Below are positions 1-11,530 of a stretch of DNA of 64,000 nucleotides, in pieces; position 1 is the stretch's first letter, and every line of letters begins with the position of its first letter. The DNA is from Eledone cirrhosa. Its lineage: Eukaryota. A program made the position numbers and the translations under genes. The stretch covers positions 392,088,001 through 392,152,000 of the forward strand of contig OZ024740.1 in NCBI GenBank assembly GCA_964016885.1. The letters run 5' to 3'. The notes beneath the pieces were generated by a model. That model searched no databases and was not told where the DNA came from. It saw only the letters and a program-made list of their open reading frames with translations.

Positions 1-519
1 AGACCCGCGTTACCTAAATACAAAGTAAAACCTACTACAGTCAGTAGGCATCTCTAACAAAATACACCCCCGTCCCACCACCCCCACCCCATCCACACCG
101 CCCCTTTCAATGTAAAGTTATGTTGGTGCCACAAAATCCAGGCCGAAACAAATGAGATCGTGTAGGTGTCACGAAAAAAAACACACAGTCCACGCTGTAA
201 TGTGACCGTGTAGGCAACATGGTAAAAACGTCCCAGCCCCACACCGTAAATGTGGTTGGTGTTAGGAAGGGCATCCAGCTGTAGAAAACCTGCCAGACAG
301 TCCACGCTGTAATGTGGCCGTGTAGGCAACACGGTAAAAACCTCCCAGCCCCACACTGTAAATGTGGTTGGTGTTAGGAAGGGCATCCAACTGTAGAAAA
401 CCCGCCAGACAGTCCTATGCGAGCAAGACAACCACTCTTGCCTCAAGTGGGAAAACTCCCGTCCAAACCCATGCAAGCATGGAACACGGACGTTAAACGA
501 TGATGATGATGATGATGAT
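1..519 (+). mobile_element. RTE-clade LINE 3' end (last codons, stop at 16-18, 3' UTR, (GAT)n tail); element continues upstream of the window
   Basis: Near-identical to the ORF end and UTR of the copy at 39275-39686; ends GGACGTTAAAC(GAT)n; carries an internal ~111-bp UTR duplication (190-300/301-411). Confidence 0.92.
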
Positions 520-534
520 ACATATATACATATA

Positions 535-1860
535 TCATCATCATCATCATCATCATCGTTTAACGTCCATTTTCCACGCTAGCATGGGTCTGGACGGGAA
601 TTGTCCCACTTGAGGCAAGATTGGTTGTCTTGCTCAGGACTGTCTGGCGGATTTTCTACGGCTGGATGCCCTTCCCAACACCAACCACGTTTACAGTGTG
701 TACTGGGAGGTTTTTACCATGTTACCTACACGGCCACATTACAGCATGGACTGTGTTTTTTTGTCGTGACACCTACACAACCTCATTTGTTTCGGACTGG
801 ATGTTGCGGTACCAACATAACTTCACAATTAAGGGGGTGGTGGGTAGTGAGACAGGGTGTATTTTGTTAGAGGTGCCTACTGACTGTAGGTTTTGCTTTG
901 TACTTAGGCAAGGTGGGTCTTCTGTATAACTGTGTAGCGCCAAATCTCTCGGTCCAGTGACATTGTGTTGGAGAGGTGTAAGTGTGTGAGGTCGAAATTT
1001 ATCAAGTCGTCCCAGGTTTTTCTGGGTCTGCCTACTCCATGGCTACCGTCTATTTTTATCGCCCTGCACTTTTTTATACAGCTGTCGTCTTTCATGCACA
1101 TCACGTGACCGTACCAACGTAGTCTTCTCTCGAGTAAACAACATCTGATCCCTCGTATTCCTAATTTCTCCCTTAGTTCGTTTATGCTTTGCCATTCACG
1201 TATATTACTATTACACATCCAGCGGAGCATGCAAGCTTCCTTTCTCTCCAGTCTGTGTATATCCTCTGCACACAATGCCCAGGTCTCACTGCCATGTAAC
1301 ATTGCTGTTCGTATGCAGGCATCATACAGCCTGCTTTTCATTTTTAGAGAGAACCCTTTAGCAGCCAATAGTGGTATAAGCTCTCTGAACTTTTTCCATC
1401 CCGTTCTAACTCTAGCTACTGTACTTTCAGAGCACCCTCCCCCACTGCTGATTTTGTCACCCAGGTAACGGAAGCTGTCCACTATTTCTATAGAAACATC
1501 TGTGCAATGGAATGAGCTAGTATTTTGTGGGCACTTGCTGCTACTTATTGCACCAGAGCACCGGCCACATATAAAATCTATATTCTTAGTTAGCTTACCT
1601 GTGATCCCACTACATCTTTTATGCACCCATACTTTGCATTTGGGACATAAAATGGAGTTTCTGCCTACTCCTTTCCTACACACTGAGCATGGCCATTTCC
1701 CAGATGGGACCGGTGCCCTATTTTCCTTCCTACAAACTAGAACTTTAGTCTTAGACAAGTTAACTTTAAGGCCTTTTGATTCTAGGCCATGCTTCCATGT
1801 TTGGAATTTCTTCTCTAGTTCAGCTATGAGTATTAGATCATCTGCATATAGGAGTTCCCA
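535..1860 (-). mobile_element. 5'-truncated RTE LINE (RT from WELLYADD to C-terminus, 3' UTR, (GAT)n tail)
   Basis: ORF 904-1860 has YADD, GLKVNLSKTK, FRYLG, RLRWYGHV and GRPRKTW motifs; highly similar to ORF 36910-39291; 5' end abuts (TA)n. Confidence 0.95.
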
Positions 1861-1884
1861 TATATATATATATATACATATATA

Positions 1885-2221
1885 CATCATCATTTCATTT
1901 TACGTCCGCTTTTTCCCTGCTTGCAAGGGTGGGACGGGAACTGATTCTGGCTTGATTTCTACAGCTGGATGCCCTTCCTAACACCAACCTCATTTACAGT
2001 GAGTGCTGGGTGCTTTTTTGCCGTGGCACCTCCACGACCACTTTGCAGTGGAATGATAGGGACCCCAGTCCCTATCATCTCATTTCTACAGCTGAGTAAA
2101 CTGGAGCAATGTGAAATAAAGTGTCTTGCTCAAGGAAACAACACATCACCCAGTCTGAGAATTGAACTCACAACCTTTCAATTGCAAGGCCAATGCTCTA
2201 ACCACTAAGCCATGTACCTCC
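1885..2221 (-). mobile_element. tRNA-derived CORE-like SINE with RTE-derived tail
   Basis: Minus strand: A box TGGCTTAGTGG, B box GAGTTCAATTC, CORE-like CCTTGAGCAAGACACTTTAT...CAGTTTACTCAGCTGTAGAAATG, then tail shared with RTE 3' UTR and (GAT)n. Confidence 0.88.
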
Positions 2222-2269
2222 ATATATACATATATATATATATAATACATATATATATATATATACATA

Positions 2270-2940
2270 TATTTATTAAAATAACAGATTAAAGTTTAAG
2301 CAAAGAATCGCTGCTTTCACCCTTAACGGGATCTTCTGAAACTAACAAAGTCAATCTGTAAACGCAGAACTGGATATTTCAAAAAACGTTGCAACCGGAG
2401 GAAGACAGGAAGACGATATTTTGGTTCGTGGTTACGTTCGCTGGCAAAGAACGGGAAAAATCGAATAATACGTCATTAATAGGAGCGGTGAAAAACAATT
2501 ACGCGCAAAGACAAAACCACGTTTATGGTATAAAAGGGGTCGTAGACTAATGTTCTCTTAGGTGGTGCATAGAGACGTTCTCTGGCAATGAACGAAAAAA
2601 CGAAGATAATAAGTCATATGTGGAGCGTGGAGAACAATAGCACGCAAAGACAAAACCACGTAAATGGTATAGCAGAAGTATTGTATTTATTTACTTTGTT
2701 CTTAACTCTGTAGCGGAGATTCATTTGGTCTCCTAGTTAGAATTTTAGTCTACGATTTCTGCTATACCATTTACGTGGTTTTGTCTCTGCGTGCTATTGT
2801 TCTCCACGCTCCACATATGACTTATTATCTTCGTTTTTTCGTTCATTGCCAGAGAACGTCTCTATGCACCACCTAAGAGAACATTTGTTAGCAATTAAAC
2901 AAAACACTGTTAGCAATTAAAGATATACCTATGTTCTAAG
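2270..2940. mobile_element. Short TA-embedded element with ~128-bp inverted repeat; probable Penelope-like terminal (pLTR) remnant
   Basis: 2549-2677 is inverted at 2757-2885; diverged direct repeat ~2433-2535/2573-2675; first ~66 bp identical to 35098-35164; flanked by (TA)n. Confidence 0.55.
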
Positions 2941-2942
2941 CG

Positions 2943-2974
2943 TATATATGCATATATATATATATATATATATA

Positions 2975-3056
<82 letters not shown>

Positions 3057-3148
3057 TATATATATATGCATATATATATATATATATATGCATATATATA
3101 TATATATATATATGCATATATATATGCATATATATATATATATATATA

Positions 3149-3204
<56 letters not shown>

Positions 3205-3212
3205 TATATATA
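2943..3212. repeat. (TA)n microsatellite with periodic TGCA interruptions
   Basis: Seen directly. Confidence 0.97.
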
Positions 3213-3400
3213 GTCATACAAAAGTGAGTTACAAACGAAACGAAATTTAATTTCGTTTCGTTATTTGTTTTTATCGTCTCCGTTGAACCGGTACGTACTC
3301 ACAGTCTATGCAAATTGGTCTGCCCACTACTAATTTTCATAGAAAAAGCATATAACGATATGTGCTTTTACGATTCTCCAGAAAGGCCGGTAGATAGGTA

Positions 3401-3445
3401 AATATTGCTGATGAGTTGTAACAACAACGAAACTAGTTCAATATT
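3401..3445 (+). ncRNA. Minimal type I hammerhead ribozyme
   Basis: AATATTG-CTGATGA-GTTGT(AACA)ACAAC-GAAAC-TA-GTT-CAATATT: 7-bp stem I, intact core, 5-bp stem II, palindromic stem III region (AACTAGTT), GUU cleavage triplet. Confidence 0.85.
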
Positions 3446-3663
3446 CCTTGTCTGGCTTTCTGGAGAATAGAGGAAAGGTGTTTCCTCAAAAACCAGTATG
3501 ACTCTAAAAACCGGTTTGTCTGTGTGTTTACATACAGAATAGCTGGATACTCACAGTAAAGTAACCAGTGAAAGACTTGGTACATCTACATATGTATACG
3601 TGTGTGTATTCATATGCATACTAGTATTTCAGTATACATATATGGATGTACATTTTTAACTTA

Positions 3664-3666
<3 letters not shown>

Positions 3667-3723
<57 letters not shown>

Positions 3724-3853
3724 TATATATATATATATATATGCATATATATATATATGCATATATATATATATGCATATATATATATATATATGCATAT
3801 ATATATATATATATATTCATATATATATATATGCATATATATATATATATGCA
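3667..3853. repeat. (TA)n microsatellite with TGCA interruptions
   Basis: Seen directly. Confidence 0.97.
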
Positions 3854-3854
3854 T

Positions 3855-5975
3855 AATCTGCGATCAGAATATTAAACTTAGCACTGATGGACATTGCTGA
3901 GTTTTTGAGTATCAGGTATTTGGAGGCCATGGGTTTAGCATAGTGTGAGTGGAGATGTTGGGCTCTCTCGTCTATAGTGTTAATCCAGAGTTCTGTGTCT
4001 AATACAGGTAGTCTATTGTTAGGGTGTTTGGAAGGGAAGTCGATAGTTACACTTATACTCTGGTGTATGGAATTAGCTATCTGCTGGATGCTTTCCATTG
4101 TGCTACGTTCTAAATCAAACTTGTTAGTGCTCTCTAGTGGGGATGTTCTTATAACTATATTGATATCGTCTACGTAACGAGAGTACATGATGAGGTCTAT
4201 GGAGCTCTCATTAAGGAGATCTTTAAGTCTCTTTCCCACCATACCATGAAAAGGTTGGCAACATCACCAGCTATGCTGACGCCAATGGCTGGTCCCTCAT
4301 TTTGGGTGTAGATCTTCTCGAACTTGAATATGTGGCCCTTTAGGGTAGTTTTGATACTAGCCCCTATTGCATGTGTGACCATTTTTCTTACCTGATCATT
4401 GTTTTGCGGGATCCGTATAGCTTTGGTCCACCCAATCCACCTTCCCATGGGAGACTTTTTTGCCATTGAGGTTATGGTGGGGGGTCTACCTCTTATGGGT
4501 CTACTAGGGCAGAAACGTCTAAGGTCATGACTGTCTAGGTAGTCAGTGTCGTAGGTAAGTCTAAGTAGGAGGCCCAGTTCGTCTGTGTCGACGTCGCAGA
4601 ACTCCACCTCACTCTCAATGATCATCTCCACACATTTTTCCACAGCAAAATCAATGTTAATGGATGGGTACAGTGATACCACATCCATGCTGCCTATTAT
4701 GCAGTTGGATAGGTTCCTGTTTTTGTTGCACTCACTGATTCTGCTGAGGAGGTCCTCTGTACTGTCACATACATCTGGGGACATCTTGATTATGGGGTGT
4801 ATAACCATTGAGAGGAAGTAGGAGATCCTGTAGTTGCTAGCTATATTAGCTCTGCATACGGATCTTGTTAGTGGTCCTGTTGTCGGGTCGTCGACTGTCT
4901 TGTGGTCTTTGCGGAGCTCATACAAGGGTGGTATGCCATTGTTAGACGCCTGGAAGTTGTTGGCAGTGCGTCTGCTTGGCTTTAGGATGTCAGTCCACAT
5001 CATCATGTGAGCGTTGAGGATTTTCTCTCTCCCATCATGTGTTTGCTGTGCAATTTCGCTCGTGTTGGTGATGTGGGGTTGCATAGCCTTGACGTAGTTC
5101 GGCATGCTATCTATTGACATCCTACCAGACTTATCCGTGGGTAGATATACTACCTCACCATCCCTTGTGCGCTGCTTGAGGCTAACCAAGCCTTCTACAG
5201 GTTTCCTCCCAAGTTGTTGGGCCTCTGGTCTGCTCTGTCTCTTAGTATACCTCTCTACAATTTGTCTAATCTTATTTCTAGCTATCGTGAACTGTGCCTC
5301 TGTCTCGTCATCTATTTGTTGTGGTATGCAAACTCTTTTATTAAAGGGTAACCCCGTAGGATAGATATTACCCATCTTATATGTTTTGTCAGCTGGGTTG
5401 AAAAATAGTTTCTCTAAGGGGTGTTGTCATTATATCTATCGTCATAGTTGTGTGTGTTGCTATTATTGTTATCAGGGTGGTTGTTGTTGTTTCTATCATT
5501 AGCATTATTATTATTGTTATGATTGCTAGATGTATTGTTGTTTACTTCACCGTTATTGTTGTTGTTGTTACTGTTATTTCTACCATTGTGGTTGTTACTT
5601 TTATTATGTTTCTTGTTTTTGTTGTGTCTATCATTAATGTTGCTACATGTATTATTTCTATTATTACCACAGTGGTTATTGTTGTTGTTGTTCGTATTGT
5701 TACCGTTATTACTACTGTGGTCGCTGCTGCTGTGTCTGTGGTTAATGTTTCTATTATTATTATTATTATTGTGGTTGTTGTTCTGTCTATCGTTAGTATT
5801 ATTACCATTATTACTATTTCTCACTCTCCTGCTATTGTTATTGTTATGGCTGTTATTTCTATACTCAGAGTTATTGTTTATATTACTACTACCGTTATTA
5901 TTGTTGTTGTTGTTGTTGTTTACTTTTGCATTCCAACGTATTTTTGTGAAACACTTTTCCAGCTCCGTTTTGCAC
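3855..5975 (-). mobile_element. Penelope-like element RT fragment (frameshifted; no GIY-YIG seen)
   Basis: ORFs 5414-5983, 4197-5375 and 3817-4242 join across two frameshifts; motifs PTDKSG, KDHK, SMDVVSLYPSI, QNEGPAIG, RYVDD, LPVLD and YAKPMAS are typical of PLE RTs. Confidence 0.85.
5430..5920. repeat. Degenerate (AAC/AAT)n low-complexity tract, in frame as Asn-rich sequence in the PLE ORF
   Basis: Minus-strand ORF 5414-5983: ELEKCFTKIRWN followed by about 165 N-rich residues with no stop. Confidence 0.85.
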
Positions 5976-7014
5976 TCACACACACATATATATATATTAT
6001 TATTTAGATGAGATTCTACAGGACTAGAACTGTTTCATTCTTTAGAAATCACTTTTCCACAATTACTGTGGTTACCTCCGACTCAACCCGGAATAACGTA
6101 TATATATATATATATATATGTACATACATACAAATGTACATTAATTATATTAATGTGTAAATATCTTTTCATTATTCGTACATGTGTACACAAATGTACA
6201 TGTGTACATTTGTACACAAATTAGAAAACACATAATGCACACACATTCTTTTATATTGAGGCATATATATCTGTATTTTCTTCATATCTCTATGTATATC
6301 TGAGTGTATGTGTGTGTGGTATATGAAGATGACTGGTGATCTCATCAGCTGAGACACAGTTTATTTAATAACCCCACCCCTCCCCAGTGATGAGATTAGC
6401 AGTTAGTGAAACCAAAAAAATATATAATAAAATTGTGAAAAAAATGTATATAGTAAAACAATTATTACACATGAGTTTCCTAGATTTGGCAGGGAGCATG
6501 TTCTGAGCAAATGTACTGAATGTCACTTAAAGAGAAATGCAACAACATCCTTGTTTAGCAGTGTTTTTAGTTGTTGTTATTTGGAGGAGAGGGTCTTTTT
6601 GTTTTTTGTTTGCTATGGTTCATAAGCAGAGGCATTGCTTTCTCATTTCTACATCTATGTCTTGTGTATACTTTTCCTGAGTGTAGTGAGAAAGAGAGGT
6701 AGAGAGAGAAAGAAAGTACTGGTTGCTATTAATTTGATTAAGAGAGAGAAAGAGAATACTGGTTCTTATATTACTATTAAGATGTAGCTAAATAAATATA
6801 TAAAACACAGCTTGTTCTTTCTTCATTCTATCAAATCTTATGCAATGAAGAAGATGCAATGCTTCACAATCAAGGTATCAACATTTTGTGGATCCAGTGA
6901 ATGGAAATCATGTGTTAGCAAGTTAATAGTCCATAACTTAACATTCTGGATGTTTATGTAGATAGATTCAGAAATATCTGCTCAGTAATTGATATAACAC
7001 ACACACACTACACT

Positions 7015-7587
7015 ACACCTTGCACAATTACACCTCACCAAGCTGATGACACAGGACCGTGATCTCTGGCGCTATGCGGTACTACAGAAGACCTCTCCTC
7101 CCATATATTCAAGCTGAGGAATATATCTAATAGGCAACACCTTCCTCTACCATCTCCCCTCCTATACACCCCCCTTGCTGTAACCACCCCTCCCCTATTG
7201 CCTATGTCCTCAATTTCCCCAAACTTTTCCCACACCATGAAGTGGTTATGTATGTGTTAAGACAAAAGCGCCCAGTCCACACTGTAAAGTGGTCCTGTAG
7301 GAGTCACAAGAAAAAGTGTCCAGCCCCACACTGTAATCTGTGGTTGTGTCAGCAACACAACAAAAAGTGCCCAGTCAGTGCTGTAAAGTGGTCATGTAGA
7401 TGTCATGACAAAAAGCATCCAGCATTCACTGTAAATGTGGTTAGCGTTAGGAAGGACATCCAGCTGTAGAAACCAAGCCAAAATCCGCCCTATGTGAGCG
7501 AAACATAGTACTCCAACGTGAACTCTCCCAAAGAGACAGCCCGTCCTACCCATGGTAGCGTGGAAAATGGGCATTAAATTATGATGA

Positions 7588-7590
<3 letters not shown>
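7015..7590 (+). mobile_element. Old RTE LINE 3' end with ~48-bp tandem UTR units
   Basis: Degenerate LTKLMTQDRDLWRYAVLQKT; about 4 CACTGTAAAGTGG...AAAAAG units; conserved TTAGGAAGGACATCCAGCTGTAG; (GAT)n tail. Confidence 0.85.
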
Positions 7591-7641
<51 letters not shown>

Positions 7642-7919
7642 TCATCATATATGGCTGAGTGCTTGTTATATGAAACAACAAGCAATAGATTCATGAAAAG
7701 TACAAAACTGCACTGTGACTGCATCATTATTAAAAGATTGTTTTTACTTTATTTTATTGCAAATCTTTACGAAGATCTGTTCCTTAGTAAAGATACTATA
7801 TACATTCGAATTAACAAACCGATCTTTAGATATTTTCTGCTAAATCATTACAGGATGTTAAGAGTTAAATCAATTAAATTAGAGTGTATCTCATTGGAAA
7901 TATGGTCACAAGTGTGTTA

Positions 7920-8470
7920 AAGGTTCCTATTCAAATAAAAATCTTCCAGCATAATTATATACAAGAACCAGATGCTAAGTTACTGTCTTAGTAATGAAAT
8001 AATTAATAATTTTAGTATACCCCTCAAAATTCTTAATTAATTGAGATATAGGGTTACTGTCTAAGTAATGAAATAATTAATAATTTTAGTATACCCCTCA
8101 AAATTCTTAATTAATTGAAATATAGGGTTCCTATTTAAATTATAATCACCACAAATAATTTATTATAAGAATCATATGTTAGATTACTATCTTAATAATG
8201 AATTAATAAATAATTTTAGTTAATCCCTCAAAATTCTTGATTAATTAATTGAAATACAGTGTATTTCATTACAAATGTGATCACGAAACGGTTAACCCAT
8301 TTGACACCTATTTGATCAAAACTAGCTCGGGTTCTATGAAACAAAACCTCCAATTTTAAGGGGTTCCTATTAAAGTAACATTTTCCTACATAATTTAATA
8401 TAAGAACCATATGTTTAGTTACTATCTTAGGAATGAAATAAGTAATTTAAGTAAATCCCACAAAATTCTT
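7920..8470. repeat. Degenerate AT-rich tandem repeat, ~130-bp unit, 3-4 partial copies
   Basis: Recurring GGTTCCTATT...AAGAACCA..TG..AGTTACT.TCTTA.TAATGAAATAAT...CCCTCAAAATTCTT. Confidence 0.7.
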
Positions 8471-9344
8471 TTTAAACCCCTTTTGTGCATGTATACATAG
8501 ATGTATGTATATGTATGTTATATAGTGTATATTTACATGCACACACACTCATACATACACACACACACAGACAGAATGAGGTATAACTACATATTACTTG
8601 TAAGGGAGCGGGGTCACCAAGCTTTCCCTGTATGGGTTGAATAGGGAAGATGAGTCGAGGGTATGTGTGGTAGGGAGCACATCATCATTATTAACATCTG
8701 TTTTCTTGTGCTTGTATGGTTTAGAAAGGTCATCACGTTCTGAGAGTAGACTGGTTAAGAGACCACCTCTGTGGGCTGAGGACTGTGCCTTAGTGGTCTC
8801 CTACCTGCATATTAAATTTGTTGCCAACTCTCACCTTGCTGGTTCAGCCTATAGGCTTCTACAGCTCTTACAAGCCATTTCTCAACTCCTAGCTTCCTAA
8901 GTGACTATCAAGGACATGAAGACAGAAAAATATCTGGTCTACCAGGGAATACCACTGGTATGATTAAGCTATCTAGTGTGGTAGGATACAGGCTAGAAAC
9001 CCACATAGTTAATCAAGTAGTACAAGAGGGTGCCAAATCCACTTCAGGGGGTCCGGAGCAATTGCCCCATTTGCCCCCCTTTAAATCCGGTCCGGATTGT
9101 CTCCCCTGCATGTGTATATGGGCCAGAGGGAGCTAAGGTTGTTTTCTAGTGATAGCATGAATGATTAGGAGTGAATTTTCTCATTTCTATGAGAATTGTG
9201 AGTCAAATTGTTTATTCAGACAAATAAATATGTACTCTCTAAAACATGTAGTAGGGGCACATCATCATTTCTTTCATTTTGTACACCCATTTCCCCCCAC
9301 ACACAAACACATACACACAAACACATACACACACATACATACAT

Positions 9345-9412
<68 letters not shown>

Positions 9413-9421
<9 letters not shown>

Positions 9422-9748
9422 ATATTAACAAATGGAAACTATATTTATAAAACCATATTTATTTTATTATACATATTTCAAGGGCCACCAAGGCAAATTA
9501 TGGTGCGCTTTTATCAGATAAAATACAATACAGATTAGTTTTATAAATAAATATTGACATACCCTAAAAAAAGACAACCTTAACGGTTGGAGCTTCCTGG
9601 ATAGTCAATATTTATTTATAAAACTAATCTGTATTGTATTTTATCTGATGAAAGTGCACCATAATTTGCCTTGGTGGCCCTTGAAATATGTATAATAAAA
9701 TAAATATGGTTTTATAAATATAGTTTCCATTTGTTAATATATTGTATA
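9413..9748. repeat. ~145-bp near-perfect inverted repeat with ~45-bp spacer between (TA)n tracts; contains a degenerate hammerhead-like motif
   Basis: 9413-9558 is the reverse complement of 9604-9748; CTGATGA at 9645 and GAAA at 9683. Confidence 0.85.
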
Positions 9749-10539
9749 TTTACTCCAATAATCTGTTGAGTGCTTTATATCAGTTATAAAAATATTTTAA
9801 AGCTTGTATCCCAACAAATTAAATATAACCTTTGCATATATATATATATATATATATATGGGTTATTCAAAAAATATAAACATGTATTCGTTCAATCCTA
9901 AATTAGTCTTCAGTAAATATTAATTTAATTCATATATGTATACAATTTATATTATTAGTTGAAAGCTACTTTATTGCATTCAGCACACGTGTGACGAATA
10001 ATTAAGGTTTCTTTCAAAACAACATTGGGAGCAACTCACCTTTTGCTATAAATGCTCTGGTTGATAAAGAAAATAGGTATGCTGGTGGTGAGGGCAAACA
10101 ACAGTTGTTTATTTTTTTCCTTTTCACTTCATTTCCTCTCTTCATTTATGAGACAAATGCATAAAATAATTTGTGAATGCTCCTGGCAGACCTTCCATCA
10201 CGATTTGTTTATTTTTGTTTTTAATTTTTTTCTTTTCTAATTGCATTCTTTGGAATTTTCTATTATTTTTTTGTTTGTTTGTTGTTTTCTCTTAGTTTTA
10301 AATTTTTTAAAACATTTTATTGTATTTTTGTTTTTAGTTTTTGTCAGTGCTGTGTATTCTAAGAAGGTTTAGTCAGAGGCCAAATGATACTTCAGATATT
10401 CAGTGGAGGATAAAAAGGATGATAGTAAAGGCAATACTAACAACCCCTCTTTATTATAACAAACTGTTTTAATTATAGTAATGATAATGTTGGTAATAGT
10501 AAAAGCAAATTATGGTAATGATGTTAGTAATTTTTATAT

Positions 10540-11310
10540 TGGAGAGAAGTATCGAGCTAAAAGTAACCTGAAGAAAGCATTTTATAAGGTGTCCCATTCT
10601 ATAATATGGTGGCCTTTTATGAGACTAGGGATAGAAGAATGATTAGTGAGGGTAGCACAAGTCATCTGCAGAGGTGCTGTCAGCAAGGTTAGAGTTAACA
10701 ATAGGGTATGGTGATAAATTTAGTATACAATTGGGGTAAATTAGAGCTCTGTCCTCAGCCGCCTACTATTTATTATTGTTTTCCTGGCCATAACAAAGGA
10801 GTTTAGGACTGGTTGCCCAAAGGAACTTCTATATGCCAATGACTAATTTGTCATAGCTGAATCTATAGCAGAGTTAAAGAAGAAATTCCAGATATGGAAG
10901 CAAAACCTGGAATTGAAAGGCCTAAGTCAATGTGGCAAGTACTAAAGTCCTAGTAAATAGAAAAAAAAAACAAGGCCCTCATTCCATCAAAGAAATAACT
11001 GTACTCAATATGCAGGAAGGAGTAGGTATGTAAGCTATGGATACAACAAAGATGTAGCAGATCTCAGGCAGGTTAGCAAAGAATGTGGCATATGCACAGG
11101 AGCAGTAATCAGTATGAGCTCATATGAAACAAGCTCTATCAAATGCTCAGAAGTACTCAACAGATTCTGTCACCTTAGTGACTAAATTAGCAGTAGAGAG
11201 GGGTGTTCTGAAAGTACAGCAACCAAAGTGAGAATCTGTTGGAAAAAGTTCAGGGAACTACCACTACCACTGCTGGCTACAAAAGGTTTCTCTCTCAGAA
11301 CAAAAGGCTG
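10540..11310 (+). mobile_element. Highly degenerate RTE RT fragment (PHD-containing family)
   Basis: Decayed equivalents of LEKAFDRVP, GSVLSPLLFII, TGCPWELLYADD and WKKFRELLPLLATKGFSL. Confidence 0.85.
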
Positions 11311-11530
11311 CACTCAGCATCAAACCTATCAAATGCAAGTCGGAAATCACCTTCTGTTGAGTTAAGTAATGCCATATCGTCAGCAAATTCAAGGCGACTG
11401 ATTCTACACCCACCAGTCGTGATACCACTTTCAACTCAGCTGCACATGTCAATCCTGTTCATGAAAATAATGAACAGAGGAGGTGACATTACACACCCTT
11501 GGCACAGTCCAACTCCCACATTGAATCCTG
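11310..11530 (-). mobile_element. RT fragment of a second RTE-type (Expander/Rex3-like) LINE
   Basis: Minus-strand translation GVGLCQGCVMSPPLFIIFMNRID...RLEFADDMALL. Confidence 0.75.

Noticed and set aside
5450-6011. Hydrophobic poly-Leu/Val membrane-protein ORFs
   Set aside because: Antisense readings of the (AAC/AAT)n tract.
9040-9095. hAT MITE (TAAATCCGG end)
   Set aside because: Only one terminus is recognisable, with no partner TIR or TSD.
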